Shown in pieces: positions 1-12,953 of a stretch of DNA of 64,000 bases. Numbering within the stretch: the stretch's first letter is position 1; each line of letters opens with the position of its first letter. Both the position numbers and the translations under genes were made by a program. Below the pieces are notes generated by a model. It saw nothing but the letters and a program-made list of their open reading frames with translations. It searched no databases and was not told the origin of the DNA. The stretch is from Eledone cirrhosa (Eukaryota): assembly GCA_964016885.1 (NCBI GenBank), contig OZ024757.1:33108001-33172000 (forward strand), written 5' to 3'.

Positions 1-320
1 ACAGCTACTACAAGTCAAAGCTGAAGCATTTAGACAATATGCTCCCACTGCAAAATGGTTGTGGAGGTGTCATGACAAAAAAGTACCCAGCCCACACTGT
101 CAATTGGTCGTGTAGGCGCCACGGTAAAAAAGCATCCAGCACTCACTGTAAATGAGCTTGGTGTCAGGAAGGGCATCCAGCTGTAGAAATCAGGCCATAA
201 TCAGTTCCCGTATGAGCAAGATAAAGTCACCTGCCCTGGCATGGCCCGCAACAGGACAACCTGCCTAACCCATGCTAGCGTGGAAGAATGGATGTAAAAC
301 GGTGGTGATGATGATGATGA
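1..320 (+). mobile_element. RTE-LINE 3'UTR / RTE-tailed SINE copy ending in (GAT)n
   Basis: AGGAAGGGCATCCAGCTGTAGAAATC...ACCCATGCTAGCGTGGAAGAA...GATGATGAT matches the 3'UTR of the RTE at 59154-59460. Confidence 0.75.
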
Positions 321-691
321 TATTTCTATCAAAATAAATACACATGTGATAGTATGTGGGATATGTGAATTAGTACAAAATTGTCGGAAGAGGGGGACAA
401 CAAATTTCTGTTTCAAATTTCCCTTAATTAGTCACAAAATTATTTTATTGTGTACCATTGAAAAGTAGTTTGCGGGCCGCCTGTTTGAAGAAACCCCTGC
501 TATACACAATGTATACAATGTATATAATACTATACACAAAGTATATATAATATTGTATAGAGTATATAAAGATTTATGGCTGGAAGTAAATTCTTTTGTT
601 CCTGTTATAATTCTGCGCTGGCGCGAAAGTAACATCTTGTTAGTTGTTTCAATGGCATCACTTTTAATAATCTGCTGGTATTTCTTCTTAG

Positions 692-733
692 TCACAGATC
701 CACCAACAAGTCTCACAACAAGGCCGACAACAG
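692..733 (+). CDS. Candidate small Thr/Pro-rich exon of the VWA gene (VTDPPTSLTTRPTT); alternative acceptor at 698
   Basis: tttcttcttag|...|gtacgt, phase 1-1. It joins in frame to the Thr-rich exon at 5557. Confidence 0.45.
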
Positions 734-779
734 GTACGTTGTACCACTCCTTGTAATACCATCCCTTGACAACCCTGTA

Positions 780-1390
780 GATGTATACACATACATACAC
801 ACATACATACACATACATGGAGATGCATGTATACACATAAATATGCATGCATACATACATACATATATGCATGTATACATACATACATATATGCATGTAT
901 ACATACATAGATACATATATGCATGTATACATACATACACATGCACACACATATACACATATATATATATACACACACATACTCATGTATATATATACAT
1001 ATATATACAGATGATGATGTGTATGTGTGCATATATATGTATATGCACACATACACATATAAACATGTATACACACACATATACATGTATATATATATAT
1101 ACACACACATGTATATGCACACATACACACGCATGTGTATATATACACACACATACACACACGTGTATATACACACATACACATATAAACATGTATACAC
1201 ACACATATATACATGTATATGCTCATATAGACACATATATGCATGCATACATACACATACATATATATGCACATATACACATACAAGCATACATACACAT
1301 ACAAGTATACATACACATATAAACAGAAATACATATGTATACATACACAAAGCACACATTACACACACACACATATACATATATATATAC
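780..1390. repeat. Degenerate (TA/CA)n microsatellite
   Basis: Direct inspection. Confidence 0.95.
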
Positions 1391-1470
1391 AAATAAAAGG
1401 CAGAGTTAACTCATATTGATACCCTGTAATTAACAAGATCAAAGAATAAATACTGAGCATTATATAATAA

Positions 1471-1663
1471 TAGGACGGTGAACTGGCAGTATCGGTAGAG
1501 GGTCGGACACCATGCTTTGACGCATAGAGTTACGGCCCTTGCCATTCTGAGTTCAAATCCCGCCAAGGTTAACTTTGCCTTTAATCATTATGGGGTCGAT
1601 AAAATAGAGTACCAGTAATACACTGGGTACTTGCTGGCCTTGTGCCAAAAGTAGAAACAATTA
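1471..1663 (+). mobile_element. tRNA-derived SINE with a Meta-like central domain
   Basis: A-box-like TGGCAGTATCGG, B-box GAGTTCAAATCC, then GCCTTT..ATC...GGGGTCGATAAAAT..GTACCAG. About 20 copies in the window. Confidence 0.8.
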
Positions 1664-1670
1664 TATAATA

Positions 1671-1750
1671 ATATGTGTAGTAATAAACACAGTAAATCGT
1701 GTGTCTAAAATTTTAGACACATGATTTACTGTGTTTATTACTACATATAT
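1671..1750. repeat. 80-bp zero-spacer palindrome
   Basis: 40-bp arms centred on TCTAAAA|TTTTAGA, 2 mismatches. Confidence 0.9.
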
Positions 1751-1765
1751 ATATATATATATATA

Positions 1766-2651
1766 CAGGGTGCAGACGATATTTGTTCACAAGATTAATG
1801 TCTAGGAAAAAATAACACAGTAGTTTTATTTTTTAAGATATGTTTATCAAACTTGGGTGAGTTTGTCTTCATAACTTGTTCTTTCGATCTCACTCGATAA
1901 ACCCGCCATTGGCTTTGATGATGGCCTCAAGGCGGCCTTGGAACCGGCTACAGGCCTTCGTCACTGTCCCCCGACTTAGGCCCCTAAAGGCACTTGTGAT
2001 CCTGGTCTTCAGATCGTCTTTCGTATTGCAGCTAGATATGTTGGTGTCTCGTTCCACTATGCCCCACACAAAGAAGTCGAGGGGGTTGCAGTCAGGCGAG
2101 CTGGGAGGCCAGATGTCAGGTGAAGTGTGGTCGACGAAGTTCTCTGACAGCCAGGCTTGGATCTTTCGGCTGGTATGGCAGGGCGCTGAGTCTTGCTGCC
2201 ACACGTACGGCCTACCTGCAGCTACCTGGTTGATCCAGGGCTTTACTACCTCGCTCAGAACGCGGAAGTAGCCATCGGTGTTCAGCTTGAGGCCCTCAGG
2301 GAAGAAGTGAGGTTGCATGACGTCACCTTGACTGCTGACGACACCTAAGACCAATGTTGTCGCTGGAAACTTTGCCTGCATGACTCTGGGCACGTCTTTG
2401 GATGAGACAGCGAGCCACCTGTTGTTCTGGGAGTTGATCTTCTGGTCTTATTTGTCCTCCCGGCGTGGATTCCAAGAACTCCGTGACTCTTCCACACATT
2501 TGGAGGTTCAAAATTATTCATAATCAATTATTCTGAAAATAAATAATAGAAATATAGTCACTGTTCTTATGAAGACAAGAGTGACAATGGAAGTTTTAAA
2601 AATGTGCATAAAATTAGCAGTTGAAAATTGCGAACAAATATCGTCCGCACC

Positions 2652-2654
<3 letters not shown>
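1766..2654 (-). mobile_element. Internally deleted Tc1/mariner element, DD37D (maT) type
   Basis: 27-bp TIRs CAGGGTGCRGACGATATTTGTTCRCAA (2 mismatches) in a TA tract. ORF 1890-2393 has QQDSAPCH...WPPSSPDCNPLD with 37 residues between the 2nd and 3rd Asp. The DNA-binding domain is missing. Confidence 0.9.
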
Positions 2655-2703
<49 letters not shown>

Positions 2704-2933
2704 ATGCAGACACACACATATGCAATAATATGCATGCATTGTAGCAGTCTATCTACCTTATTTTCCATCCTTATATTCCACGCACACATAGCTACCTACA
2801 TACCCACCTACCAACCCTACGTACTTACCCACCGACCAACTCCTACCTACCAACCTAGTTATCTACTTAGAAGTCCCATTATGTAGCAACCTATGTAGTC
2901 ATTTACTTACCTGTGTGTGTGTGTATATATATA

Positions 2934-2986
<53 letters not shown>

Positions 2987-3249
2987 GTATATATATATAC
3001 ACACACACATATATATGCTTATCTTTCTATCTACCCTCTCTTGTATGATGATGTCTGCCTGCCTGTGTTTTTATATATATATATATATATATACATATAT
3101 ATATAGCATTTCTTCTGTTTGTAGGTCTAATTGTGTGTTTCATTATAATAATAATAATAATAACAACAATAATAATAATAGTAGTAATAGTTGTAGCAAT
3201 AATAATTTATTATAAGTATTACATGTTTGCATGTTTTTATTTTTCCGTT

Positions 3250-3640
3250 TCTAATCATCATCACCTGCACCAGTACCACCCACCACCACCACCACCATCA
3301 TCACTACCACCTTCACCATCAACACCACCATCACTACCACCTTCACCACTACCATCTTCACCATCAATACCACTACCACCACCATCTCTACCACCTTCAC
3401 CATCAATACAACCACAACTAGCACCATCAACCCAACCACCACTATCACCACCAGCACTATCACTACCACCACCACTACCATTAACACATTCCACCATCGT
3501 CAACACCACCATCACTATCACCACCAATACCATCACTACCAACACAATCACCATTAACACTTTTACCACCACCACTATCACCACCAATACCATCACTACC
3601 AACACCATCACCATTAACACTTTTACCACCACCACCACTT
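3250..3640. repeat. (CAC/CAT/ACC)n degenerate trinucleotide repeat
   Basis: Direct inspection. Confidence 0.9.
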
Positions 3641-4340
3641 GGTCATCCTCTTCCACATCTACCTTCCTCTTGGAACTTCTGACACTTCTTCCCCAGTCAT
3701 CCTCCATACATATTAACTGTCTACATCAGTGCAATCTTCTCTCCTCCACACAACACCTGATTCCTCTTATGTCCAGTCTTTCTCCCAACTCGTCTGTGTT
3801 TCATAGTTCATGCATGTTAACATTAAACACCCATTGATGCATCTTATTTTCTTTTCATTGCTTTTATAATAAATATTTATTTTTAAATTTTTATCAATAA
3901 TTTTTCATGCCTTTGCTCTATCTTTTGTATCTGAAATCAACATGTAACTTTTAATTCCCTCACATAAGCTAATGAGAGCTTCTACATGGGTGTGAGGTAG
4001 GTTAACTATAGCAGCAAAATGCTCCACAATTCCTACCAAACTGTCTTAAATAAAGGATATATTTGACAATGTAGACTGATATATATATATATATATATAT
4101 ATAGTAAAAAAGTCAGGACCCTGACGGCTGAGCTCCAGCCATTTCGATGGCAAGATCCAAACTATATATATATATATTATCAGATGAAATGATGAAGCTA
4201 AAAATTCAAAGTCACTGCTACTCTTTTACTTAGAAAATATATTTCTACAATTTACTCACCAGTAACGAGTGCTCATTCAGTTAATGTAGGTATATTTTAA
4301 ATACTACTGTATTTTAAACACATTCTAATATTTATATATG

Positions 4341-4447
<107 letters not shown>

Positions 4448-4869
4448 AAAAGGTAGAATCCCAACGGTGAGGAGAGTGCAGAAATTTATTTTCAAACTAG
4501 ATCAACTGGTTTCCACAAGTTTTTTACCAGTTTAAACAGCTGGGCTTGTCTTTTGGGATTCTACAATATACCCACTCTGCATGTCATCATGCACTGGGTA
4601 CTACCCTGAATTGTGATCTTCTCAGTCTTCACACCATAGACATTCCAAGTGTGAGTGTGAGAGTAGACAGCATTTATATGAGAGAGAAGGAAGACTAAGA
4701 AAGAGAGAGAGAGAGTTAAAACCTGGCAAAGCCCATCTCTCCCTCCAAGGAAGGAGGGAGAGTGTGAGAGAAAGAAATACATAGAAAGACAGACCACTTT
4801 TCACTATAACAACATCAGAACATTACAGTAAAAGAGAAAGAGAGATACTACAACTACACATCAGTAGTG

Positions 4870-5112
4870 TTAACCCCTTTTGATACCAAACCCAGCCAAA
4901 ACCAGCCCTGGTTCTATGAAAAAAAACCCACCCATTTCAAACGATTCCTATATAAATTTATATCTTCCAACATGATATTATACAAGAACCATATGTTAAG
5001 TAATTATATTAGGAACAAAATTATTAATAATTTCAGTAAATCATTCGAAATTCTGCATTAATTAATTGAAAGAGAGTATATTTCATTATGAGTACGGACA
5101 CAAAAGGGTTAA
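4870..5112. mobile_element. piggyBac-type MITE, second family
   Basis: TTAACCCCTTTTG...CAAAAGGGTTAA termini. Related partial copies near 24960-25025 and 48272-48333. Confidence 0.6.
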
Positions 5113-5556
5113 GAGTGAAAGGTATCAGCAAAATAAACTTTCTCATCACAACTACAGAAGGACTCCCAGTGAATAATGTTTCCAGTCAACTGTGGGATAT
5201 TTCATATCACAAAAACTCCCCAGATATGAAAATTGTTTAGATAACATTGTAATACACAAACTCTTCTTATTTTGATATTAATCTTTCTTTCATATTTTGT
5301 TTAAATTATTTTGTATCTGCTATTGATGTTTTAATTTACTTTCTATAACTAGGGCAATATTTCTTGTTGAAATATCAACAGATGTTGTGAGATATCTTCA
5401 GTTATGTCAAGGGTTTCCAGCAATAGAAAATCTGCCAAATAAAGGGTCAGGAGGACTCTTCAGTTGTGTCAAAGACATGGCAACCTCTCTTGTGTTGGTG
5501 ATTTACACAATAAATTATTATTATTATTATTATTATTATTATCAAACTATTTTCAG

Positions 5557-5718
5557 TTCCAACAACAACTTCAACAACTCGAACTACCACAACATTGCCA
5601 CCACCAACTACAACCACTACCACAACAATGCTACCAACGACCACTACAACCACACCACGTCCAACTACCACCACAACTGCAGTGCCAACAACTGGAATGG
5701 CTGACAAAGCTTCAGAAA
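5557..5718 (+). CDS. VWA gene exon: Thr/Pro-rich mucin-like linker (54 codons)
   Basis: ttttcag|...|gtaagt, 162 bp, phase 1-1, PTTTSTTRTTTTLPPP...GMADKASE. In frame with the next exon. Confidence 0.85.
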
Positions 5719-6213
5719 GTAAGTCAGTGTACTTAATTTAGAATAGGTACACTGTATCTCTGTATGTCATGAAATAAAGTGTCTTGCTCAAGGAATAGAA
5801 CCTTCAACCTTACGATTGTTGGTCAAACACCCTAACCACTGTCATCATCATTATCCTCATCATCATCATCATTTTACATCTGTTTTTCCATGCTTGCATG
5901 GGTCAGACACCATCACCATCATCACCATCACCATCACCATCACCATCACCATCATCATCATCATCATCACCATCACCATCACCATCATCATCTCCACCAA
6001 CATATATCATTATCACGATCATCTTCAACATCATCATCACCATCATTACAACCATATGCTCCTTATTTAGCTTTGTTTCTATGGCTGGATGCCTTCCTAA
6101 ATGCCAGTTCATCGATAATCAGTTAAAATCTATTGTAGGTTTTTCAGTATGTTTTGTAGGGCAAGATGCTTTATTCCACATGCCAAAGTATATTTAATAA
6201 TAATAATAATGAA

Positions 6214-6420
6214 ATTATTGTGTACAGTGCTCAGGTGCACTACAACTCGTCAAAGGTGCATGTATAGTACATATACAAATGTCAGGGAAGTGAATAGTGT
6301 ATGAGTCATGATATACATGTGTGCGTGTGTATGGAGGGGGAATATTAGGTGTAGTGTTGGCAAATCTCAGGAAACATGGAGGTTTTAAAGGATGCAGTGT
6401 CTCGACAGCTAACAACTGAT
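6214..6420 (-). mobile_element. CR1-type LINE 3' end fragment
   Basis: Reverse complement of the CR1 tail at 17780-18010. Confidence 0.75.
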
Positions 6421-6470
6421 TTGGAGCAGAAGGGAAATATGTAGCAAAACCTCTGAGAAATGTAATCAGA

Positions 6471-6686
6471 TTAACCCTTTCGCATTTAAACCAGCCATAT
6501 CCGGCCAGAATCCTCTAACCTCTTTCTGTTCAAACTGACTATAACTGGCCACTCATACTAATATTAAGGTATTGTTCTCAAAATAAATAACATCAAAATC
6601 TCACAGATTCTATATTATTTGAGGTAAAGCCTTTATCATGAAAATATAATAGTAAATATAGAGTAATGTAAATGCTAAAGGGTTAA
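6471..6686 (+). mobile_element. piggyBac-type MITE (~215 bp)
   Basis: TTAA-CCCTTT...GCTAAAGGG-TTAA, multi-copy. Confidence 0.8.
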
Positions 6687-7140
6687 GATATTTAGTTGTT
6701 TTTTTTTGTTTGTTTTTTGTTATGTTTTTTTTTTTTGTCAAATCATAGTGTTTATGTGTCAGACAGGCAAGAAAACACTGCACATTTAAATGTTTAGAAA
6801 GCAGTGAGCAAAGTTTAAAAATTGTAGAAATATAAATATAAGGCTTCACTGTAACATTTGACTGAGTAACATGATCTTAATAACAGGGTGTATAAACCTG
6901 TATTTTTCTGTTCAGTGGGTTTATACACCTCATTATTAAGACTACGTTATTTGAAGGGTATCCAGCTGCATGAACCAAGCCCAAATCAGTTCTGTATGAG
7001 CAAGATATGGTCACCTGAACCGGCATTTCTCACAACCGGACAACTCATCTAACCCATGCAAGTGTGGAAAAATGGACGTTAAACAGTGATGATGATGATA
7101 TGGCAAAACCTTATATTTATTCAATACATTTATTATAATA

Positions 7141-7680
7141 TAAGGCGATGAATTGTCAGAGTCGTTAGAACGTCGGATAGAATGCTTTATGGTATTCTTT
7201 CTGGCTGGCTCTCTTAGCTGAAATCCTGTCATGGTCAACTTTGCCTTTCATGCTTTCGAGGTCGATAATAAAAAAGTACCAGTCTAGTACTGGAGTCTGT
7301 TCTTCCTCTATATCTCTTTCTCATTTCCTCTCTCTCATTTTCTATCTTTCTCTGGAAGAAACCTGCTGTACTCAGGTCTGGAGAGGGATGGGCCCCACCA
7401 GGCTTAAAAAGCCCCCAAAACGTTGTATTGACATACGACGCCCCAACAACTCTATCAGGATTTACGGGACGATACATATATACATACATTATTATGCGGT
7501 GAATTGGCAGTATCAGTAGAGGGTCGGACATGCTTTCCAGCATAGTTACGTCCCCTTACGATCTGAGTTCAAAACCTGCCAAGGTTAACTTTGCCTTTCA
7601 TCCTTACGGGGTCAATAAAATAAAGTACCAGTAACGTACTGGGTAATTGCTGGCCTTGTGCCAAATGTAGAAACAATTAT
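7141..7680 (+). mobile_element. Two Meta-like tRNA SINE copies (one long variant, one short)
   Basis: Both share the GCCTTTCAT..GGTCRATAA..GTACCAG domain. Confidence 0.7.
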
Positions 7681-7720
7681 TATAATATAGATTAACTTAA
7701 TATTTCCATTATGTTTACAG

Positions 7721-8293
7721 TATGTTCCGGAAAAGTCCTTGATCTTGTGATCGCAGCAGATGCCTCAGATAAAATATTTCAGGAAGAGTTTTACTCGCAG
7801 ATGGACTTCTTACTCAGACTAATCCGTTTGTTAGATATTTCCGACTCGAAAACTCGTGTTGGATTTTTAACATTCGGCAGACGGCTCAAAAGTGGATTTG
7901 AACTCCCAAAATTTAATAACTCTGAAGACATTATCAATAAGATATCTGCATCGAAACAACTAAAAGGCAGAGGTGGAATCGACGATTCTATCAAGTATAT
8001 GCGCACTCGTGGTTTCCGTCGATCCCTTCTTCGACATAAGATGAACACCCCTCACATAGGTTTGGTGATTTCAGGAACTAAAAACAGAAACCTCGAACAA
8101 ATAGAGAAAGAAGCTAAATTTGCTACATTGACTGGGATAAATATGTTTGCTGTGGGTGTTTCACCTCATGTGTCATCACTTCAGTTGGAGAATATTGTTG
8201 CCAGCCAAAGACCAGGCAACCGATACTTCTTAGCAGACTCCTATAACAACATGGACCATATATTGCATGAACTAGCCATACAAATATGTCAAG
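7721..8293 (+). CDS. VWA gene exon: von Willebrand A domain 1 (191 codons)
   Basis: tttacag|...|gtaaac, phase 1-1. CSGKVLDLVIAADAS...TRVGFLTF...MFAVGV...LAIQIC shows the VWA pattern with flanking Cys. Confidence 0.92.
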
Positions 8294-9058
8294 GTAAACA
8301 CAGTATATACTTTATAATATTTTCTTTAACCTTTTCATCACCATATTCCTGATTAGATACATTCTCTTTTAGTCTTTAACTGGTTTCAGTCATTGGTCAA
8401 TAGACAGATGATAAACTTTAAAACATTAAATAATCTACTAATATAATAGCCTCGTATATTTGACCGTAACACAATAAAGAATATATTATATATATTATAT
8501 ATCATATTATATCATATATTATATATATAATTTATATTATATCATATATTATATATCATATTATATCATATATGATATTTATTATATTATATCATATATT
8601 ATATAGTATTATATCATATTATATTGTACCATATATGATATATACTATATTATATTATATTATATATTATATAGTATTATATTATATTATATTATATCAT
8701 TTCAAATCCCGCCGAGGTTAACTTTGCCTTTCATCCTTACAGGGTTGATAAAATAAAGTACCAGTAATGCACTGGGATAATTGCTGGCCTGGTGCCAAAT
8801 GTAGAAACAATTATATTATATTGTATTATATCATATTATATTGTACCATATATTATATCATATTATATTATATTGTACCATATATTATATTATATTATAT
8901 TATATTGTACCATATATTATATCATATTATATTATATTGTATTATATCATATTATATTATATTGAATCATATTATATTATATAGTATTATATCATATATA
9001 TTATATTATATTCCAATTTATAAATTTCTCTTGTCTTCTTATTTTTCCACTTTTTCAG

Positions 9059-9091
9059 CTGAGCCAAACTTGATTCCAGTCTCTGATGCAG
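9059..9091 (+). CDS. VWA gene 33-bp micro-exon (AEPNLIPVSDA linker)
   Basis: Long pyrimidine tract + cag|...|gtaaat, phase 1-1. Confidence 0.8.
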
Positions 9092-9129
9092 GTAAATACA
9101 ATCAACATCATCATTGTCATTACACCCCT

Positions 9130-10000
9130 TGCTCCACCACCACTGTCAACCCCAACACCACCACCACCACTGTCAACCCCAACACCACCACCACCACCAC
9201 TGTCAACCCCACCACCACCACCACCACTGTCAACTCACCACTGTCAACCCCAACACCACCACCACTGTCAACCCCAACACCACCAACATCACTGTCAACC
9301 CTAACACCACCACCACCACTCTTAACCCCAACACCCCCACCACCACTGTCAACCCCAACACCACCACCACTGTCAACCCCAACACCCCCACCACCACCAC
9401 TGTCAACCCCAACACCCCCACCACCACTGTCAACCCCAACACCACCACCACTGTCAACCCTAACACCACCACCACCACTGTCAACCCCAACACCACCACC
9501 ACTGTCAACCCCAACACCCCCACCACCACTGTCAACCCTAACACCACCACCACTGTCAACCCCAACACCCCCACCACCACCACCACTGTCAACCCCAACA
9601 CCACCACCACTGTCAACTCACCACAACCACCACTGTCAACCCCAACACCACCACCACTGTCAACCCCAACACCACCAACATCACTGTCAACCCTAACACC
9701 ACCACCACCACTGTCAACCCCAACACCCCCACCACCACTGTCAACCCCAACACCACCACCACTGTCAACCCCAACACCACCACCACTGTCAATCCCACCA
9801 TCACCACCACTGTCAATCCCACCATCACCAGTCAGCCCCAACACCACCACCACTGTCAACCCCACCACGACCACCAGTCAGCCCCACCACCACCAGTCAA
9901 CCCCAACACCACCACCACTGTCAACCCCACCACCACCACCACCACCACCAGTCAGCCCCCCCCCCCCCACCACCACCACTGTCAACCCCAACACCACCAC
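9130..10000. repeat. C-rich minisatellite, core CACCACTGTCAACCCCAACAC
   Basis: Roughly 30 units of variable length (~24-30 bp). Confidence 0.92.
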
Positions 10001-10444
10001 AGTCATTGGCCCACTACTATTGTCAAGCCCATCACACTGCTGCTGTCGCCTCCCACCACCACTGCAACTGTCACCTCACCATCACCACTACTATCACCAC
10101 TACAACCACCACTGTCACACCCATTGCCACCACCACATGCACTCTCATCATTACCACCATTTAATGTTTATTTTACATGCTTGCATGGTTTAGACAGGTT
10201 GTCATATTTTGAGGCCAGACAGATCAGAAAACTGTCTCGTTCATGTTACATTTTGAAATGCTTTCTATGGATGGATGTCCTTCACTTCACAGGGTGCACC
10301 AAGTGGGCTTTATTGCAGCACCAGCACTACCACATTACAATATAGGCTGGGTGCATTTTATTGTGGCACAAACATGACCACTTTACAGTGTAGGCTGAGT
10401 GCATTTATTGTGGCACCAGCACTAACACTTTACGGTGTATGCTG

Positions 10445-10900
10445 GATGCATTTTATTGTGGCACCAGCACTATCCTTTTACAGAGTGTTCTGAGTGCATT
10501 TTATTGTGGCACCAGCACTATCCTTTTACAGAGTGTTCTGAGTGCATTTTATTGTGGTACCAGCACTATCCTTTTACAGAGTGTTCTGAGTGCATTTTAT
10601 TGTGGCACCAGCACTATCCTTTTACAGAGTGTTCTGAGTGCATTTTATTGTGACACCAGCACTATCCTTTTACAGAGTGTTCTGAGTGCATTTTATTGTG
10701 ACACCAGCATTATCCTTTTACAGAGTGTTCTGAGTGCATTTTATTGTGGCACCAGCACTATCCTTTTACAGAGTGTTCTGAGTGCATTTTATTGTGGAAC
10801 CAGCACTATCCTTTTACAGAGTGTTCTGAGTGCATTTTATTGTGGAACCAGCACTATCATTTTACAGAGTGTTCTGAGTGCATTTTATTGTGAAACCAGA
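10445..10900. repeat. 48-bp tandem repeat within an RTE-tail-like element
   Basis: GAGTGCATTTTATTGTGGCACCAGCACTATCCTTTTACAGAGTGTTCT x~9. Confidence 0.95.
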
Positions 10901-11344
10901 ACTACTACATTTTCACAATAGGATATTCTTTTGCATTCAGCCAAGCTGGAAAGGTGGTGCTAGGAGGGAAGAAATTAGCTGTGTTCAGACCCGAAGAGGA
11001 GATGGGCTCTGCCAAGTTTAAGGAATGCCCAAGTCATGCTGTATGTCACAACAACACCTCTACAACTCCATTAGGAGTTAAGGGCTCATACATACAAATA
11101 CATTTTATTCCTGTAGCTTATTTCAGTGAATAAGCTGAGCTCCATAGTGATTAGAGACCCTCAACCCAGTGCTCCTCTAACACATTGTATTGAATAAGCC
11201 ATGGTATTCTCACAATTAGGATAAATTGATTTGAAGAAAGGTTATTTCAATATCAGAGGTACCATTATCCAAGTTTTAAAGAAGCATTATTTCAATACTG
11301 AATATACCATTACACACTGACTATTTGAAAGTAGAGTGAAAAAT

Positions 11345-11576
11345 TTAACCCTTTATTATTTAAACCAGCCATATCTGGCCAGAATTCTCTCACCTCTTTC
11401 TGTTCAAACTGGCTGTAACTGACCACTCATATTGATGTTAAGGTATTGTTCTCAAAATAAGTAATATCAAAATCTCATAGACTCGTTATTATGTGAGATA
11501 AGACTTTATGTGAGATAAGACTTTACCATGAAAATATAATAGTAAATATAGAGTAATGTAAATGCTAAAGGGTTAA
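11345..11576 (+). mobile_element. piggyBac-type MITE
   Basis: TTAA/CCCTTT...AAAGGG/TTAA, same family as 6471. Confidence 0.8.
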
Positions 11577-12049
11577 AGAAACATTATTTCAATACTGGAT
11601 TTACCATTACACACTGCCTCTTTGAAAGTAGAGTGAAACAATTTAAAGAAACATTATTTCAATACTGGACATAACATCATCTGATGTTCCTGTGAAAATA
11701 CAGTGAAATGAATTTGAGTCCCAGGCTCAGCTGACAGTAACTGAAATGGGGTCTTATCTAGTGTTACAGATCTTCCCACACTTGACTTGATAACACTAAT
11801 TTAGTTTTTGATCTGTGTTGAGAAGTGAGGCAGGATGGAGCATGAAGCTAGCAACCGTACCTCCATTGATCAATATAGCTACAGAATCAAGGAGCAGATA
11901 CCTGTCTTGGGAGCAGGGCCATGACATGGTTTGCAGCTGAGCAGATTGGAGATGTCTTGTTGCTCAATGCTCCATGGGAAGGAAAATGAACTAAAGAAAG
12001 AAGAAAGTCCCACAACCTATTGTATAAAGTGAACCAATATCTCATTTAT

Positions 12050-12385
12050 ATTTCAAATGTTAGAGTCAAGCACTTATCTAAATATATGTACTAACCATAT
12101 ATTATACATTTTAAATGTTAGAGTCAAGTACTTATCTAAATATATGTATTAACCATATATTATACATTTTAAATGTTAGAGTCAAGTACTTATCTAAATA
12201 TATGTATTAACCATATATTATACATTTTAAATGTTAGAGTCAAGTACTTATCTAAATATATGTATTAACCATATATTATACATTTTAAATGTTAGAGTCA
12301 AGTACTTATCTAAATATATGTATTAACCATATATTTTACATTTTAAATGTTAGAGTCAAGTACTTATCTAAATATATGTATTAAC
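12050..12385. repeat. 58-bp tandem repeat abutting the VWA2 splice acceptor
   Basis: AAATGTTAGAGTCAAGTACTTATC... recurs every 58 bp, ~6 units. Confidence 0.95.
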
Positions 12386-12398
12386 TATTCTATTCTAG

Positions 12399-12953
12399 GT
12401 TGTGGTTCCAGACAACCTGCTGATGTCCTATTCGCTCATGATTCCTCGAAAGCTGGAGCTTCCAATACAAAGCGAACCCTTGATTTCATAAAGTCGGTTG
12501 TCAGTGAATTTGATGTTGATCCAAATCATATTCAAGTGGGGTTGCTTTCTAACAAATGCCCTCGTGCAACTGGCTTCTCTTTTGGTGCTCATAAAAACAA
12601 AGATGCTGTACTAAGGAGTTTAAATTCACTAGAATCTTCCAGCATGGCAAAACTGATCCACAAACTCCGACGACATGGTTTCCAGTCAACCAACAAAACA
12701 CGCTCAATGGCCAAAAAAATTGGCATCATTATCGTTGACAGTAGTTCGGAGAAACCCCTGACAGCTTTAGCAGAAGCTGAAATTGCAAGATCCCAAGGAA
12801 TTGAACTGTTTATAATTGCTATTGGAGAAAGCTTTTCAAAGAAAGAGATAAAAATGTTGTGTAGTTCCCCATCCACAGAACACTTATTCACGGTGAAGAA
12901 CTATGATGAACTAGGAAGTATCAGAGGCAAACTCCTCGAAAAGATCTGTGATG
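12399..12953 (+). CDS. VWA gene exon: von Willebrand A domain 2 (185 codons)
   Basis: attctag|...|gtaaga, phase 1-1. CGSRQPADVLFAHDSS...IQVGLL...IGIIIVD...LFIIAIG...LLEKICD. Confidence 0.92.

Noticed and set aside
468-499. hAT-like terminal sequence (CAGGGGTTTCTTCAAACAGGCGGCCCGC on the - strand)
   Set aside because: No matching opposite TIR or 8-bp TSD could be confirmed.
560-780. Minus-strand exon-like stretch (VVKGWYYKEW... or Cys-rich frame)
   Set aside because: No recognisable homology or partner exons. The + strand Thr-rich micro-exon fits the neighbouring gene better.
1471-1570. tRNA gene calls for A/B-box sequences here and at 43434
   Set aside because: No cloverleaf, multi-copy, and carrying SINE body and tail.
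8767-10193. Pro/Thr-rich extensin- or mucin-like ORFs
   Set aside because: Intronic minisatellite with frame-shifting unit lengths. Only the 33-bp micro-exon has splice support.
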